DNA from: Scyliorhinus canicula
Taxonomy: Eukaryota
Direction of reading: 5' to 3'
DNA length: 64,000 bases
Assembly (NCBI RefSeq): GCF_902713615.1
Contig: NC_052158.1
Location: forward strand, 42,027,729-42,091,728
The position numbers and the translations under genes are program-made. Positions 1 to 11,659 of the stretch are shown in pieces (positions within the stretch are counted from its first letter, which is position 1; every line of letters starts with the position of its first letter). Below the pieces are notes generated by a model, which did no database searches, had not been told where the DNA came from, and was given only the letters and a program-made list of their open reading frames with translations.

Positions 1-2304
1 AGTCACAAAGTCACAGGTTAAGACAAGAGGAAAAATCAAAGAGTGAAGATAAAGTTGAAATGCAACTATCAGAAACGATTTTTGATCAGATGGTTGAAAA
101 AGAATGGTGGAGGATGAGGCGGATATTTTTAGCTCAGGAAAATTGGCGAAGTTACAACAGAAAGATGTATAAATAAAACGGATATATCAGAAAGCATATA
201 CGGAAGTGGAATCTGAGAGTATACCAGAGTGTTATTACCATAAAAGTGATGTCTTGATGAGAAAATGGAGACCTGTACATATGCAGGCGGATGAAAAGTG
301 GGCAGAAGTTCATCAAGTAGTATTGCTGGTAGGGTATAGAAAGGAGGTGTTGCGAGTTGCACATGAGGTACCAATAGGCGATCATTTGGGAATAAGGAAA
401 ACTCAAGCTAAAATCCAGAAACATTTTTATTGGCCTGGACTACATAAAGATGTAGTTACATTTTGTCAATCATGTCACACATGTCAAATGATAGGGAAAC
501 CTCAAGCTGTGATAAAACCAGCGCCCTTAATCCCATTCCAGCATTTGAGGAACCTTTTACGAGGGTCTTAATTGATTGTGTAGGACCGCTTCCTAAAACA
601 AAAAGTTGGAATCAATATCTTTTGACTATAATGGATGCATCTACTAGGTTTCCAGAGGCCATTCCAGTACATAATATTACAGCTAAAGGGATTGTGGAGG
701 AGTTACTTCAATTCTTTACTAGATATGGACTACCCACAGAAATTCAATCGGATCAAGGATCAAATTTTACTTCAAAGTTATTCAAATGGATAGCTTAGGA
801 ATAAAACAATTTAAATCAACTGCGTACCATCCAGAATCACAGGGAGCATTAGAAAGGTGGCATCAGACATTAAAGACAATGTTGAGAGCTTATTGTCAAG
901 ATTATCCAAAGGATTGGGATAAAGGAATTCCATTCGTATTGTTTGTAATTAGGGATGCACCTAATGAGTCTACCAAATTTAATCCTTTTCAACTAATTTT
1001 TGGTCATGAGGTAAGAGGACCACTTAAATTGATTAAGGAAAAATTAGTGGGTGAGAAATGGGAAATTACACTATTGGATTACGTGTCAAATTTTAGGGAA
1101 CGATTGAATAGAGCAGGTGAATTGGCTAGACACAAAATTGGTTGCACAAAATGTGATGAAACGGGTGGCGGACAAGAAATCCAAAGTTCGTAGTTTTGCC
1201 AGTGGGGATAAAGGTTTAGTGTTGTTACCAGTGGTAGGTGAGCCTTTAAAAGCTAGGTTTTGTGGACCGTATCAGGTTGAAAGGAAATTAAGTGAGGTGA
1301 ATTATGTGATAAAAACACCAGATAGAAGGAAGAATCACCAAGTGTGTCATGTGAATATGCTTAAAAGGTACTTTGAAAGGGAAGAAGAGAAAAAGGAGGT
1401 TTTAATGATTCTAACTCAAAGTGACGAACCAAATCCAGATGACTGTGAATTTGACATACCTCAAATTAAATTGAAAAATGAGGATGTTCTTAAAAATTGG
1501 GATGAATTGTTGAGTTACCTTCCAGAGGAAAAGCAACCTGACCTGAAAGAGTTATTGATATCACATGGGCAAGTTTGTAGAGATAAATTGGGGAGTACTA
1601 AAATGGCTATACATGATGTAGATGTGGGAAATGCTGTTCCTATCAAACAATATCCATATAGACTTAACCCTTTAAAATTGGCACAGGTTAACAAAGAGAT
1701 TGAGAGTATGCTTAAAAATGGCATAATTGAAGTGGGTTGCAGCCAATGGAGCTCACCCATAGTGATGGTACCTAAACCAGAAGATACCGAACGGTTGTGT
1801 GTGGACTATCGAAAAGTGAATGCAGTTACAAGAACGGGCTCTCATCCTATCGAATGTTTGGAGGATTGTATTGAGAAAGTGGGACAATCAGCTTTTATTT
1901 CCAACTTCCAGACATGGAAAGAACATTTAAAACATCGTATGGAGTTCTTTGATCAACTTCAGGAGGCAGGTTTGGTGATGAACCTAGCCGAAAGTAAATT
2001 TGGAGAAGCCCGAATCACTTTCCTTGAGGAGTTTCCGATACCCTCAAGACAAAGGGAAATAATGCGATTTCTCAGCATGAGTGGATTTGATCGAACATTT
2101 GTGCAAAGCTTTTGTGGCGTGATTACTCCACTGATGGATTTGCTCAAGAAACGTCAAAAATTTCAATGGACAGCGGACTTTCAACAGGCATTTGACTGCC
2201 TAGAAGCTGTGGTAACCAATGTTCCTGTATTGGAGAATTGCAAGGGACTCTGTGGTCAGATTGAACTAAAGTATCTGGTTCTAAAGAGAAATGCCAAGGA
2301 GTAG
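1..2304 (+). mobile_element. Gmr1-type Ty3/Gypsy pol remnant (integrase upstream of RT/RNase H), frameshifted, RT core deleted
   Basis: ORF pieces give the HHCC zinc finger (AHEV..GDHLG...CQSCHTC), the rve core (LIDCVGPLP, QSDQGSNF, YHPESQGALERWH), an SH3-like tail (GPYQV...HVNMLK), then the RT N-terminus (PIKQYPYR, WSSPIVMVPKP, LCVDYRKVN) and the RT/RNase H connection (FQWTADFQQAF). Confidence 0.85.
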
Positions 2305-2540
2305 AGGAATAGATGGATCCTGCAGAGACGTTCTTGTTCAAAGAGACTGTCAATCGAGAAGGTTTTCGGTTGGAGGAAGAAGAACAAAGAAAAATGGACT
2401 ATACTATTATGCCTGTTTGCATGTGTTGTTTTTTTTAATGAAAATGTATATTTACTGTGTGCATTTCTTAATGGATGGTGCAAAAGTGAAAAATGAAACC
2501 ATCTTGAAATTGATGGTTTATTTTTTTTCTTGGGGGGAGG

Positions 2541-3097
2541 TGTCATGTGAGAGTGCCTTTAAGAAATAAATGTTTAAGCAATGTACCTTTAAGAAATGCA
2601 GTGATGTCAGAGTGTGGGTGGAGCTGGGCTTTTAGCTCAGCCATTTTGAAGTTTTTAGTTTCAGTTTGAGAGAGCAGCTGAAAAGTGCCTGGCTGGCTTG
2701 TTGAGAGCTGCACGAAGGAAATGAGCTGGTCTGGTGATTACTGCAAATCCCAAAGACTATAAATATATTGAATGTAACCTGTTGTGCTCCTATTTTTGAA
2801 GGGTTGAAGTCTTTTGGAGGTTTAAAAGAACAGTTTGCAGGATTGGTTAGTGTTGTATTATTTTGGGGGTTATCTTTGAAGTAAGGCATGTTAAGAGATC
2901 CAATGTTTATTTTAAAAGGTTAAGTTGAGTTCATGGAATAAACATTGTTTTGTTTTAAAACCACATGTCCATAATTGTAATACCACGCCTAGGGAACGAG
3001 CCGTGTGCTTCAAAAGCAACAATCCATTAAATGGGAGGAGGGGTTGGTTGGACTCCATGATACATTTTGGGGTTCTGAAAACACCTCTCCCATAACA
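2541..3097 (+). mobile_element. 3' LTR of the Gmr1-type element
   Basis: Polypurine tract GGGGGGAGG at 2532-2540 abuts TGTCA; ends CATAACA; internal AATAAA; homologous to the solo LTR at 56207-56781. Confidence 0.8.
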
Positions 3098-3155
3098 GAA
3101 GGTAGAAAAGAAAAACCAAAATGGACTGTGCACATGTTTGAATATAATATGTGTA

Positions 3156-4448
3156 TGTTATGGATGTGTTTGTGTTTAATAATGAGAAATGTTTAGAGTT
3201 AAAAGGTTTGGGGCAAATAAAGCCATCTTTTCATATTGCTGGTTCAGTTTTTTTAAGTGGGAAGTTGTGATGTATGTCGGAATTTCAGCTATGTTCTGCA
3301 GTAATATGCCTGTGAACAGTTCTGTATATAGATAGCAATGTGACCTCCGACCAGTTGGTGGTGATAGAGATCTATCATGTGACTTGAGATAGCCACCAGT
3401 TGGTAGTAAGACATACAACAGGATAGTCGTACTGAGAGTAGCTCCAGGAGAATTCACTGAATTCATTTAGTAGCCTTTGTCTGTATTATAATTCATATGT
3501 TATCTTTCCACATGTCTGTTAATAGATCATCTTCCCTGTTAAACAACTATATGTTCTGTGTACATCATCACAACGGTTGTATCACAGATCACAACATATT
3601 CCATTGTAGGTATTTAAAGCAGTAAAGATTAAACGCCTGGGTTAGTACTTGACTGCTGAAGTCATGTTAAAAATCCTGGTTTGAAAGAAAACTAAGATTT
3701 TGGGAGCCAGAGGTGCATCATTAAAAGCTTGGGTTAATGGAATGTTGTTTGGATTAAGGAGATCCCCTCTGGTGTTAATTTGATTTTAGCTTGGTAAATG
3801 ATGTAATTGCTGGGAGAAGCCAAAGTATCAAGCATTATTTAGAAAAGCAGTGTTACTTGAGTGTTGGTTGGAGACGTGAACAGAGGTCAAGCATCTCAGT
3901 TCAGTTAAAGATATGCCTATAAATAGATTAGCAGTTCCTTTACAAGCAGTTCAAAAGAGTGTAATTAGAAGGTGAGCTGAAACAGCTTCCGAAGAACTAC
4001 AGCCTGAGTTTCTGCATGGTTCTGGCACGGTTCAGATCCTTTCTTTAAAACAGTGTCAAAGATCTTTTTCCAAGTAATGTATCCAGACTTCTCTGTAAAG
4101 CAGGTATTTCTGAGGACTAACTGTATTTTAACAGTGGATTGATAGCTGAGATGCTTATTTCTGTTTTTTGAGTGGGAATAAAGATAGCAGTTTAGAGTGT
4201 CGCATTCACTGCATTGGGTAGCATTGTTTAAGGAGCAATTGTAAGTCATTTTCTGATGTGATGTTAAAGATATTTTAATACTGTGTTGGCAGTAACGTTT
4301 GTTTTAATATACCATATCCCTATTTCCTCGTGTATTCACTCCTGGAGTGAGGTACCCTTTCCTCACAGTCTTACAAAATTAAAATAAAATATTGGGGGTT
4401 TTGTCCAATATCCAAGCCACTGTTGGGGTCTGATCCAGGATCATAATA
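3156..4448 (+). mobile_element. Two adjacent probable solo-LTR remnants (about 3156-3596 and 3605-4448)
   Basis: TGT starts, ACA/ATA ends and AT-rich LTR-like composition; no TSDs confirmed. Confidence 0.4.
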
Positions 4449-4975
4449 ATATATATATTTTCTATCATGTCTCGACTGTGACAAGGGTCTCTGTGACCTC
4501 CTGGATGTTGCATGGATGGTGAATCACAAGGTGTTGGCGGTATCACCCGTATCATTCTGTAAGGATCTGTAGGCCCCAAAACTCAGTTACAGTAACCTTA
4601 GCAACCACTTGACAGCTCTGTCCTCAACATGCTCTGAGTCAACAGGTCTATTTGCAGAAAGTGGGACGGTTCACTCAGTTCCCAGTGAAGTCCAACCACC
4701 AAACACACTGCTGCTGGTTAAGGCCTAGATGGGAGAATAACTTCTTGAAGACCCTCAGTGGGTCAGGCCTCCTGGTTAGAGCCCTCCTCCTACTTTCCCT
4801 GAGAGCAGATGTCTTCTCCGCAGCCTCCTCTCCATCTCCGTCTGATCCTGCAGTCTAACCAGGGCTGAAACCATAGCCCCCATGATTGGGAACAAGCGGT
4901 GACCTTACAGTCCTTTTAGAAGCTTGGAACTCACTCCAAACATGCACCATTCCTTTCTAGTTTAAACAATATTAA

Positions 4976-5166
4976 GGCTGGAATTCTACAGCCGTTGTGA
5001 TTCTCTTTTCCTGCTGGCAGGGCAGCCCCACCCACGGGTTTCTTGGCAGCGTGAGGTGGCTTCAATGGGAAATCCAATTGACAAGCGACAGGAAGCAAGA
5101 AACTTGCCACCAGCGAATGGTGCTCCGCTAAGAAACACGCGGCTGGGGAACCGGAGAATCCCACCC
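4976..5166. mobile_element. Short MITE-like element with Harbinger-type ends
   Basis: GGCTGGAATTCT start and GGAGAATCCCACCC end form imperfect inverted termini. Confidence 0.45.
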
Positions 5167-5209
5167 TGTGTGTTTAACCGAGGACGATAACAGCCCAAAA
5201 TAGTAGATT

Positions 5210-5420
5210 GGGCAATAAATCAGTGTTGCACATTGACTGACATCATGACCTGCCCATTCTTGCACACTTCAGGTATATACATCCTCCACAACATGACAAT
5301 TAGTGTGGGCTACACAATAAGTTGTCTCGAGAAACTCTTTAGCCCCTGCCACCTTCACCCCAACCAGATCCTGCAGCAACAGAACCACCAGCACAACAGA
5401 ACTGAATTTTGCAGCCATGT
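5210..5420 (+). pseudogene. Degenerate Harbinger-like transposase C-terminal fragment
   Basis: IYILHNMTISVG resembles the C(C)xLHNxxxxxG motif at the end of PIF/Harbinger nucleases. Confidence 0.35.
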
Positions 5421-5467
5421 AACAGAAGGAAAATGAGATGCAGTGTACAGCAGCCCGCCCCGTCACT

Positions 5468-5547
5468 GGGCACGATTCTCCGCTCCCCACGCGGCATGGG
5501 AGAATCGCGGGAGGGCCTCCCGACAAAATTCACGCCCCCCTCGCGAT

Positions 5548-5584
<37 letters not shown>

Positions 5585-6193
5585 CCGCCGGAAGAATCGG
5601 CGCTTGCCATTTTTCACGGCGAACGGCGATTCTCCGAGCCGGATGGGCTGAGCGGCCTGCCGTTCATGGCCGTTTCATGACGGCGGCAAACACACCTGGT
5701 CGCTGCCATCGTGAAATGGGAGTGAGAAGCCCGTTTGGGGCTTATAGGTGGCCTAGCAAGGAAAGAGCACCACGACTGTGCTCGGGAGGGGTACCCGCAA
5801 TCGGTACCCACCGAACGTCGGGCCGGCGTCCAAATCGGACGCACTATTTCCTCTCCGCCGCCCCGCAAGATCAAGCCGCCACGTCTTGCGGGGCGGCTGA
5901 GGGGAAAGATGACCACCGCGCATGCGCGGGTTCATGCCGTCAGCGTCATGACGTCAGCCGCGCAAGCGCGGGTTGGAGCCGGCCAACATGCGCATGCGTG
6001 GCTGACGTTATTAGGCGCGCCGGCCGCGTCATTCTCGGCGCGACGTCCCCGCGGCCGAGATTTACGGAGCGCCACTCCTAGTCCCGCTGGGAGGGGAGAA
6101 TAGGGGCGAGGAGCGGCCTCCGAGGACGTCGTGAAATTCGGCCGAGTTCAAAACAGCCCTCCCGATTTTTCCCGGGAGCGGAGAATTCCGCCC
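5468..6193. mobile_element. GC-rich Harbinger-type MITE, 726 bp
   Basis: TIRs GGGCACGATTCTCCGCTCCC and reverse complement GGGCGGAATTCTCCGCTCCC; 3-bp TSD ACT at 5465-5467 and 6194-6196. Confidence 0.75.
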
Positions 6194-6960
6194 ACTATTT
6201 GGGCATTTCACACTCCAAAGGGGACAATTCATCCTCACTGTTTGTAATGGGATTAATGTGAGATTATAAATCTCCTCCTGCAGGGGGAGACATTGCATAG
6301 TTCATTACAGACTGAAAATCAACTTTCAACTTTCGAGATAGGTTTAGATTAAACACTTGTTCCAGTAAATATTGATCCTCAATCAGGTTATGTTTAGATT
6401 GGTTAATGGAGTCATCTGAACTGTACATTTATGCAGCAATTCAGGGTTTGTTCAAGTGGAACCAGTCATTCAGGCAGACTTCCATTCTGTAACACTCAGC
6501 TCCCCACAGTCAAGCTTCAGGAAGACATAATGAGTTGGTAATTCTGAGTCTCAGCCACTCAGCATTCACCAGGATATTAATTAGTCTTAAAATGTTGTGA
6601 AAATAGACAATAATCTGTGAATGTCAGTGCTTTCTGGGTTGCTGACTTATTTAGCTCAATGGGAAAGGGGATGGGATAGTGGAGCAGATTTACTATTGTT
6701 CATTTATATTCCGGCCTGATACATATTCACAATTTACCCCAGCTGGTCAGATGAAGCTAGTTTAATTACATCCCACTGTCAATGGGAATTGGAAACATAT
6801 CCATTTATTCATTCTGATTCTCCCAGCCCATCACTTGTGCAGACACAGTGAAATTAAAAACGGGTCTCATAATTCCTCAGTCGGTTATTGGATGATTAAT
6901 TGTTGGATGTGATGGGGTTAGAATGAACAAGACACACACCAGTCAAATAATCCCGACAGT

Positions 6961-7259
6961 GCTAAAGGAGGCAGTTCAGCCCGTCGAATTTTCACCGACC
7001 CTCTGAAAGAGCACTCTACTGAGATGCACTCCCCCACCCTATCCCTATAACCCCACCTAACCTTTGGGCACTAAGGGACGATTTAGCATGCCCAATCCAC
7101 CTAACCTGCATATGTTAGGACTGTGGGAGGAAACCGGAGCACCCGGAGGAAACCCACACAGACATGGGGAGAACGTGCCAGCTCACACAGTCATCCGAGG
7201 CTGAAATTGAACCCGGTTCCCTGGAGCTATGGAGCAGCAGTGCTAACCACTGTGCCATC
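6961..7259 (-). mobile_element. HE1-like elasmobranch tRNA-derived SINE
   Basis: Shares the core GGACTGTGGGAGGAAACCGGAGCACCCGGAGGAAACCCAC with five other copies in the window. Confidence 0.85.
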
Positions 7260-7703
7260 ATCTATGTGCAGTCATCAATATCTTGGATGGGGATTCTGAT
7301 CCAACCCTGTTGAATAGGCAGAAGGTTTGTTCAGTCTGTTAGCTATCATAATCTATTCCAGATCATTGTGAACATTGTTAACCCAACTCTCACAACATAA
7401 CACATGTTCCAGTTCAGTGTTAGTGACCATCTCAGCTCAAACCAAACAGATGAAAGGCTTTTTGATGGAAGCTCACCTCCAGTTGAAACATTAATTCTGT
7501 TTATCTCCACAGATGCGGCCGGACTTGCTGAATATTGACAGCACTTTTTGTTTTATTTCAGTTAAAGGGGTTTGCATCATTATCTGAAATGGACATCAAT
7601 AAGTCATTTTAATTTTAGGACTTCTTATCAGAATTTTGGATACATGTTGTCCGTGATCTCCCACTGAACTTTAACGGATAATAAAATGTGGGTGAAGCTC
7701 CAC

Positions 7704-9890
7704 CTTTGCGAACAGTATAGAGGAAGCTTCACTCTGCATCTAACCCATGCTGTACCTGCCCTGGGAGTGTTTGATGGGGGCAGTGTAGAAGGAGCTTTAC
7801 TCTGTATCTAACCCCATGCTGTACCTGCCCTGGGAGTGTTTGATGGGTACAGTGTAGAGGGAGTTTTACTCTGTATCTAACTCCGTGCTGTACCTGCCAA
7901 GGGAGTGTTTGATGCGGACAGTGTAGAAGGAGCTTCACTCTGCATCTAACCCCATGCAGTGTTTGATGGGTACAGTGTAGAGGGAGCTTTACTCTGTATC
8001 TAACCTGTGCTGTACCTGCCCTGGGAGTTTTTGATGCGGACAGTGAAGAGGGAGCTTTACTCTGTATCTAACCTGTGCTGTACCTGCCCTGGGAGTGTTT
8101 GATGGGTACAGTGTAGAGGGAGCTTTACTCTGTATCTAACCTGTGCTGTACCTGCCCTGGGAGTGTTTGATGCGGACAGTGAAGAGGGAGCTTTACTCTG
8201 TATCTAACCCTGTGCTGTACCTGTCCTGGGAGAGATTGATGGGGACAGTGTAGAGGGAGCTTTACTCTGTATCTAACCCCGTGCTGTACCTGTCCTGGGA
8301 GTGTTTGATGGGGACAGTGTAGAGGGAGCTTTACTCTGTATCTAACCCTGTGCTGTACCTGTCCTGGGGGTGTTTGATGGGGCAGTGTAGAAGGAGCTTT
8401 ACTCTGTATCTAACCCCATGCTGTTCCTGTCCTGGGAGTGTTTGATGGGGACAGTGTAGAGGGAGCTTTACTCTGTATCTAACCCCATGCTGTACCTGCC
8501 CTGGGAGTGTTTGATGGGTACAGTGTAGAGGGAGCTTTACTCTGTATCTAACCTGTGCTGTACCTGCCCTGGGAGTGTTTGATGGGTACAGTGTAGTGGG
8601 AGCTTTACTCTGTATCTAACCTGTGCTGCACCTGCCCTGGGAGTGTTTGTTGGGGACAGTGTAGAGGGAGCTTTACTCTGTATCTAACCTGTGCTGTACC
8701 TGCCCTGGGAGTGTTTGATGCGGACAGTGAAGAGGGAGCTTTACTCTGTATCTAACCCCGTGCTGTACCTACCAAGGGAGTGTTTGATGCGGAGAGTGAA
8801 GAGGGAGCTTTACTCTGTATCTAACCCCGTGCTGTACCTGTCCTGGGGGTGTTTGATGGGGGCAGTGTAGAAGGAGCTTTACTCTGTATCTAACCCCATG
8901 CTGTTCCTGTCCTGGGAGTGTTTGATGGGGACAGTGTAGAGGGAGCTTACTCTGTATCTAACCCCATGCTGTACCTGCCCTGGGAGTGTTTGATGGGTAC
9001 AGTGTAGAGGGAGCTTTACTCTGTATCTAACCTGTGCTGTACCTGCCCTGGGAGTGTTTGATGGGTACAGTGTAGAGGGAGCTTTACTCTGTATCTAACC
9101 TGTGCTGTACCTGCCCTCGGCATGTTTGTTGGGGACAGTGTAGAGGGAGCTTTACTCTGTATCTAACCTGTGCTGTACCTGCCCTGGGAGTGTTTGATGC
9201 GGACAGTGAAGAGGGAGCTTTACTCTGTATCTAACCCTGTTCTGTACCTGTCCTGGGAGTGTTTGATGGGACAGTGTAGAGGGAGCTTTACTCTGCATCT
9301 AACCCCGTGCTGTACCTGCCAAGGGAGTGTTTGATGCGGACAGTGAAGAGGGAGCTTTACTCTGTATCTAACCCCGTGCTGTACCTGTCCTGGGAGTGTT
9401 TGATGGGGACAGTGAAGAGGGAGCTTTACTCTGTATCTAACCCTGTGCTGTACCTGTCCTGGGTGTGTTTGATGGGGGCAGTGTAGAAGGAGCTTTACTC
9501 TGTATCTAACCCCATGCTGTTCCTGTCCTGGGAGTGTTTGATGGGAACAGTGTAGAGGGAGCTTTACTCTGTATCTAACCCCGTGCTGTACCTGCAAAGG
9601 GAGTGTTTGATGGGACAGTGAAGAGGGAGCTTTACTCTGTATCTAACCCCGCGCTGTACCTGTCCTGGGAGTGTTTGATGCGGACAGTGAAGAGGGAGCT
9701 TTACTCTGTATCTAACCTGTGCTGTACCTGCCCTGGGAGTGTTTGATGCGGACAGTGAAGAGGGAGCTTTACTCTGTATCTAACCCCATGCTGTTCCTGT
9801 CCTGGGAGTGTTTGATTGGGACAGTGTAGAGGGAACTTTACTCTGTATCTAACCCCATGCTGTACCTGCCAAGGGAGTGTTTAATGGGAC
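7704..9890. repeat. Tandem array of about 68-69-bp units (about 32 copies)
   Basis: Unit CTTTACTCTGTATCTAACCCCGTGCTGTACCTGTCCTGGGAGTGTTTGATGGGGACAGTGTAGAGGGAG; matches the 23-aa periodicity of the overlapping ORFs. Confidence 0.95.
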
Positions 9891-10291
9891 AATATTGGTG
9901 GCAATCAGATTGTTGGTAGACCCAGTGTGTGACATTGATCATAGGATTTGTAGATGAGGCACAACTGCTATAATTGTATTGCCAGGATCAAGGGGTAAAG
10001 TGAATCTGTGCCCTTACCTTTGTCTCAAGGTTTGACCCGAGTTGAAGGATTGGGAAGAGCTGAGACGGACATTTGATCATCAAGCAAAAAAAAGTAAAAT
10101 TACAAACTCAAAACTGTAACACTTTTGAAACCTTGTAGGGTTGTGTCTAATTTCAGTGGTGAAGATTCCTGTCCTGCTCGTCTTAACTTATCCCTCTGTT
10201 GACAGCATCTTCAGTAGAGGGAAAAGGAGAAGTGCAAAAAATAAATTTTGAGAATATTTGTTGGGATTCCACCGTGATCTTTCTTCCAATA

Positions 10292-10550
10292 TTACAGGAA
10301 GTGTTAATTGTATATTAACTGGGTGTTTCACTGAATTCTGGTATTGGGTATTAACTGGGATTTACTTGTGCTCATACAATATACACGGAGAATGAATGAG
10401 GTACATGTTTGCAATCGAACGCTATATTTAAAAAATTCACATCTCGGAGTATTATATCTAGGGGCACAATATGTAATGTGTGTCTCTGTAAATAAAGGCC
10501 TGTAAGTGTATAAATATCATACTTCCATTCTATCCCTCACCACCAGCTGG
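10292..10550 (+). repeat. Direct repeat copy A (partner at 11383-11659)
   Basis: Both copies start TTACAGGAAGT(G/A)TTAATTGTATATTAACTGGGT and end CTCTGTAAATAAA...ATTCTATCCCTCACCACCA(G/C)CTGG. Confidence 0.85.
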
Positions 10551-10793
10551 TTATCTGAAACTCCGGACAAAAGATTCTGATTTATACTGATGACAGGTCA
10601 TCATGAAAGGAATCATTAATCCTGTTTCTCTTTCCACAGAAGCTGCCTGACCTGCTGAGTATTTCCAACATTTTCTATTTTATTTCTTATAATTCATTGA
10701 AATAGAATGAAGGGGGGTCTTGAAGCTGGGAATCTGGAATAGACATGCAGGAGAGCCTGGAAACAGTAAACAGAAACTGTTCAGTTCAATACA

Positions 10794-10932
10794 GTAAGAA
10801 GTCTTACAACACCGAGTTAAAGTCCAACAGGTTTATTTGGAATCACTAGCTTTCGGAGCGTAGCTCCTTCATCAGGTGTTTTAAGACTTCTTACTGTGCC
10901 CACCCCTGTCCAACGCCGGCATCTCCACATCA
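10794..10932. mobile_element. Penelope-like mini-insertion (inverted terminal fragments) with 12-bp TSD
   Basis: CAGTTCAATACA duplicated at 10782-10793 and 10933-10944; inverted repeat ACAGTAAGAAGTCTTA / TAAGACTTCTTACTGT; the same terminal sequence occurs at 49995. Confidence 0.75.
10844..10878 (-). ncRNA. Minimal type I hammerhead ribozyme (Penelope-type)
   Basis: Minus strand reads CAC-CUGAUGA-A-GGAGC-UAC-GCUCC-GAAA-GC-UA-GUG: core CUGANGA and GAAA, 5-bp stem II, palindromic AGCU stem III, CUA cleavage triplet, CAC/GUG stem I. Confidence 0.7.
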
Positions 10933-11059
10933 CAGTTCAATACAAATAAACATGTATCTCCAAACCTCCAAAAAGATCTTTATCCCAGTTCTCATCTCTC
11001 TCAAATAAAACAGACTCGAAGTTCATTTCAGAGAAACTCTCAAGCAGACTTGTATTTCA

Positions 11060-11102
11060 CCCAGAAACAGGTGATGGAGCAGATCTGAATTTGTGATTGG
11101 CT
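11060..11102 (+). promoter_or_regulatory. MHC class II X1 box and Y box (SXY module)
   Basis: X1-like CCCAGAAACAGGTG (11060-11073; HLA-DRA has CCTAGCAACAGATG), 19-bp spacer, Y box GTGATTGGCT (11093-11102), 139 bp upstream of the ATG. X2 is degenerate (TGATGGA); S box not clearly identified. Confidence 0.8.
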
Positions 11103-11240
11103 AAACCACATGTCAATCACAGAGTGATGCTTCAGTAAAGTGAGTGAGATAGAAACTTCACTTCAGACATTGACAGCAAACTGAGTGGAGCTGGCACTGG
11201 GTACAGTCTGATCAGAACTGGGAGAAACGAGAGGATTAGC

Positions 11241-11307
11241 ATGGAAATTGGGAGATACCTAACTGTGTTGGCGCTGGTTTTAATTCATGGAGCCTGGGCT
11301 GGGAAAT
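11241..11307 (+). CDS. DAA: MHC class II alpha chain exon 1 (signal peptide MEIGRYLTVLALVLIHGAWAGK)
   Basis: ATG in AGCATGG context, hydrophobic leader ending AWA-GK, phase-1 donor T|GTGAGT; joins exon 2 as TAT (Tyr); resembles the nurse shark class II alpha leader as recalled. Too short to appear in the ORF track. Confidence 0.9.
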
Positions 11308-11382
11308 GTGAGTTATGAAACAGTAACATTTAATAGTTTATAAATATTAATATCTGATCTCATTGGGCTCAGCGTGGTGTTT

Positions 11383-11659
11383 TTACAGGAAGTATTAATT
11401 GTATATTAACTGGGTATTTAATTGAATTCTGGTACTGGGTGTTAACTGGGGATTTACCTGTGTTCATATACTATACATGGAGCAGGTAAGAGGTATGTCT
11501 GCAATCAAGAGCTCTGTAAATAAATTGTTTTATATCGAAGAGCAGACTCAATGTGGTTGTTGGTATTGTGGGTCGGTACACGGCATGTGTTCCTCTGTAA
11601 ATAAATTCTTGTAAGTGTACAAAGATTAGGCTTCAATTCTATCCCTCACCACCACCTGG
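11383..11659 (+). repeat. Direct repeat copy B (partner at 10292-10550)
   Basis: About 80 percent similar by eye over the first 125 bp and last 70 bp; the middle aligns poorly. Confidence 0.85.

Noticed and set aside
4596-4613. RFX/X-box-like CCTTAGCAACC
   Set aside because: No Y box at the required spacing; lies in repeat-like sequence.
5335-5418. Signal-peptide-like MAAKFSSVVLVVLLLQDLVGVKVAGA on the minus strand (possible class II beta leader)
   Set aside because: No phase-1 GT donor, no X/Y module upstream, and it lies in Harbinger-like sequence whose plus strand resembles a transposase tail.
7704-9890. CRISPR-like array or repetitive protein
   Set aside because: Contiguous units without unique spacers, no cas genes, vertebrate context.
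11140-11170. IRF/ETS-like motif GAAACTTCACTTC downstream of the Y box
   Set aside because: Does not match ISRE or EICE consensus well enough to call.
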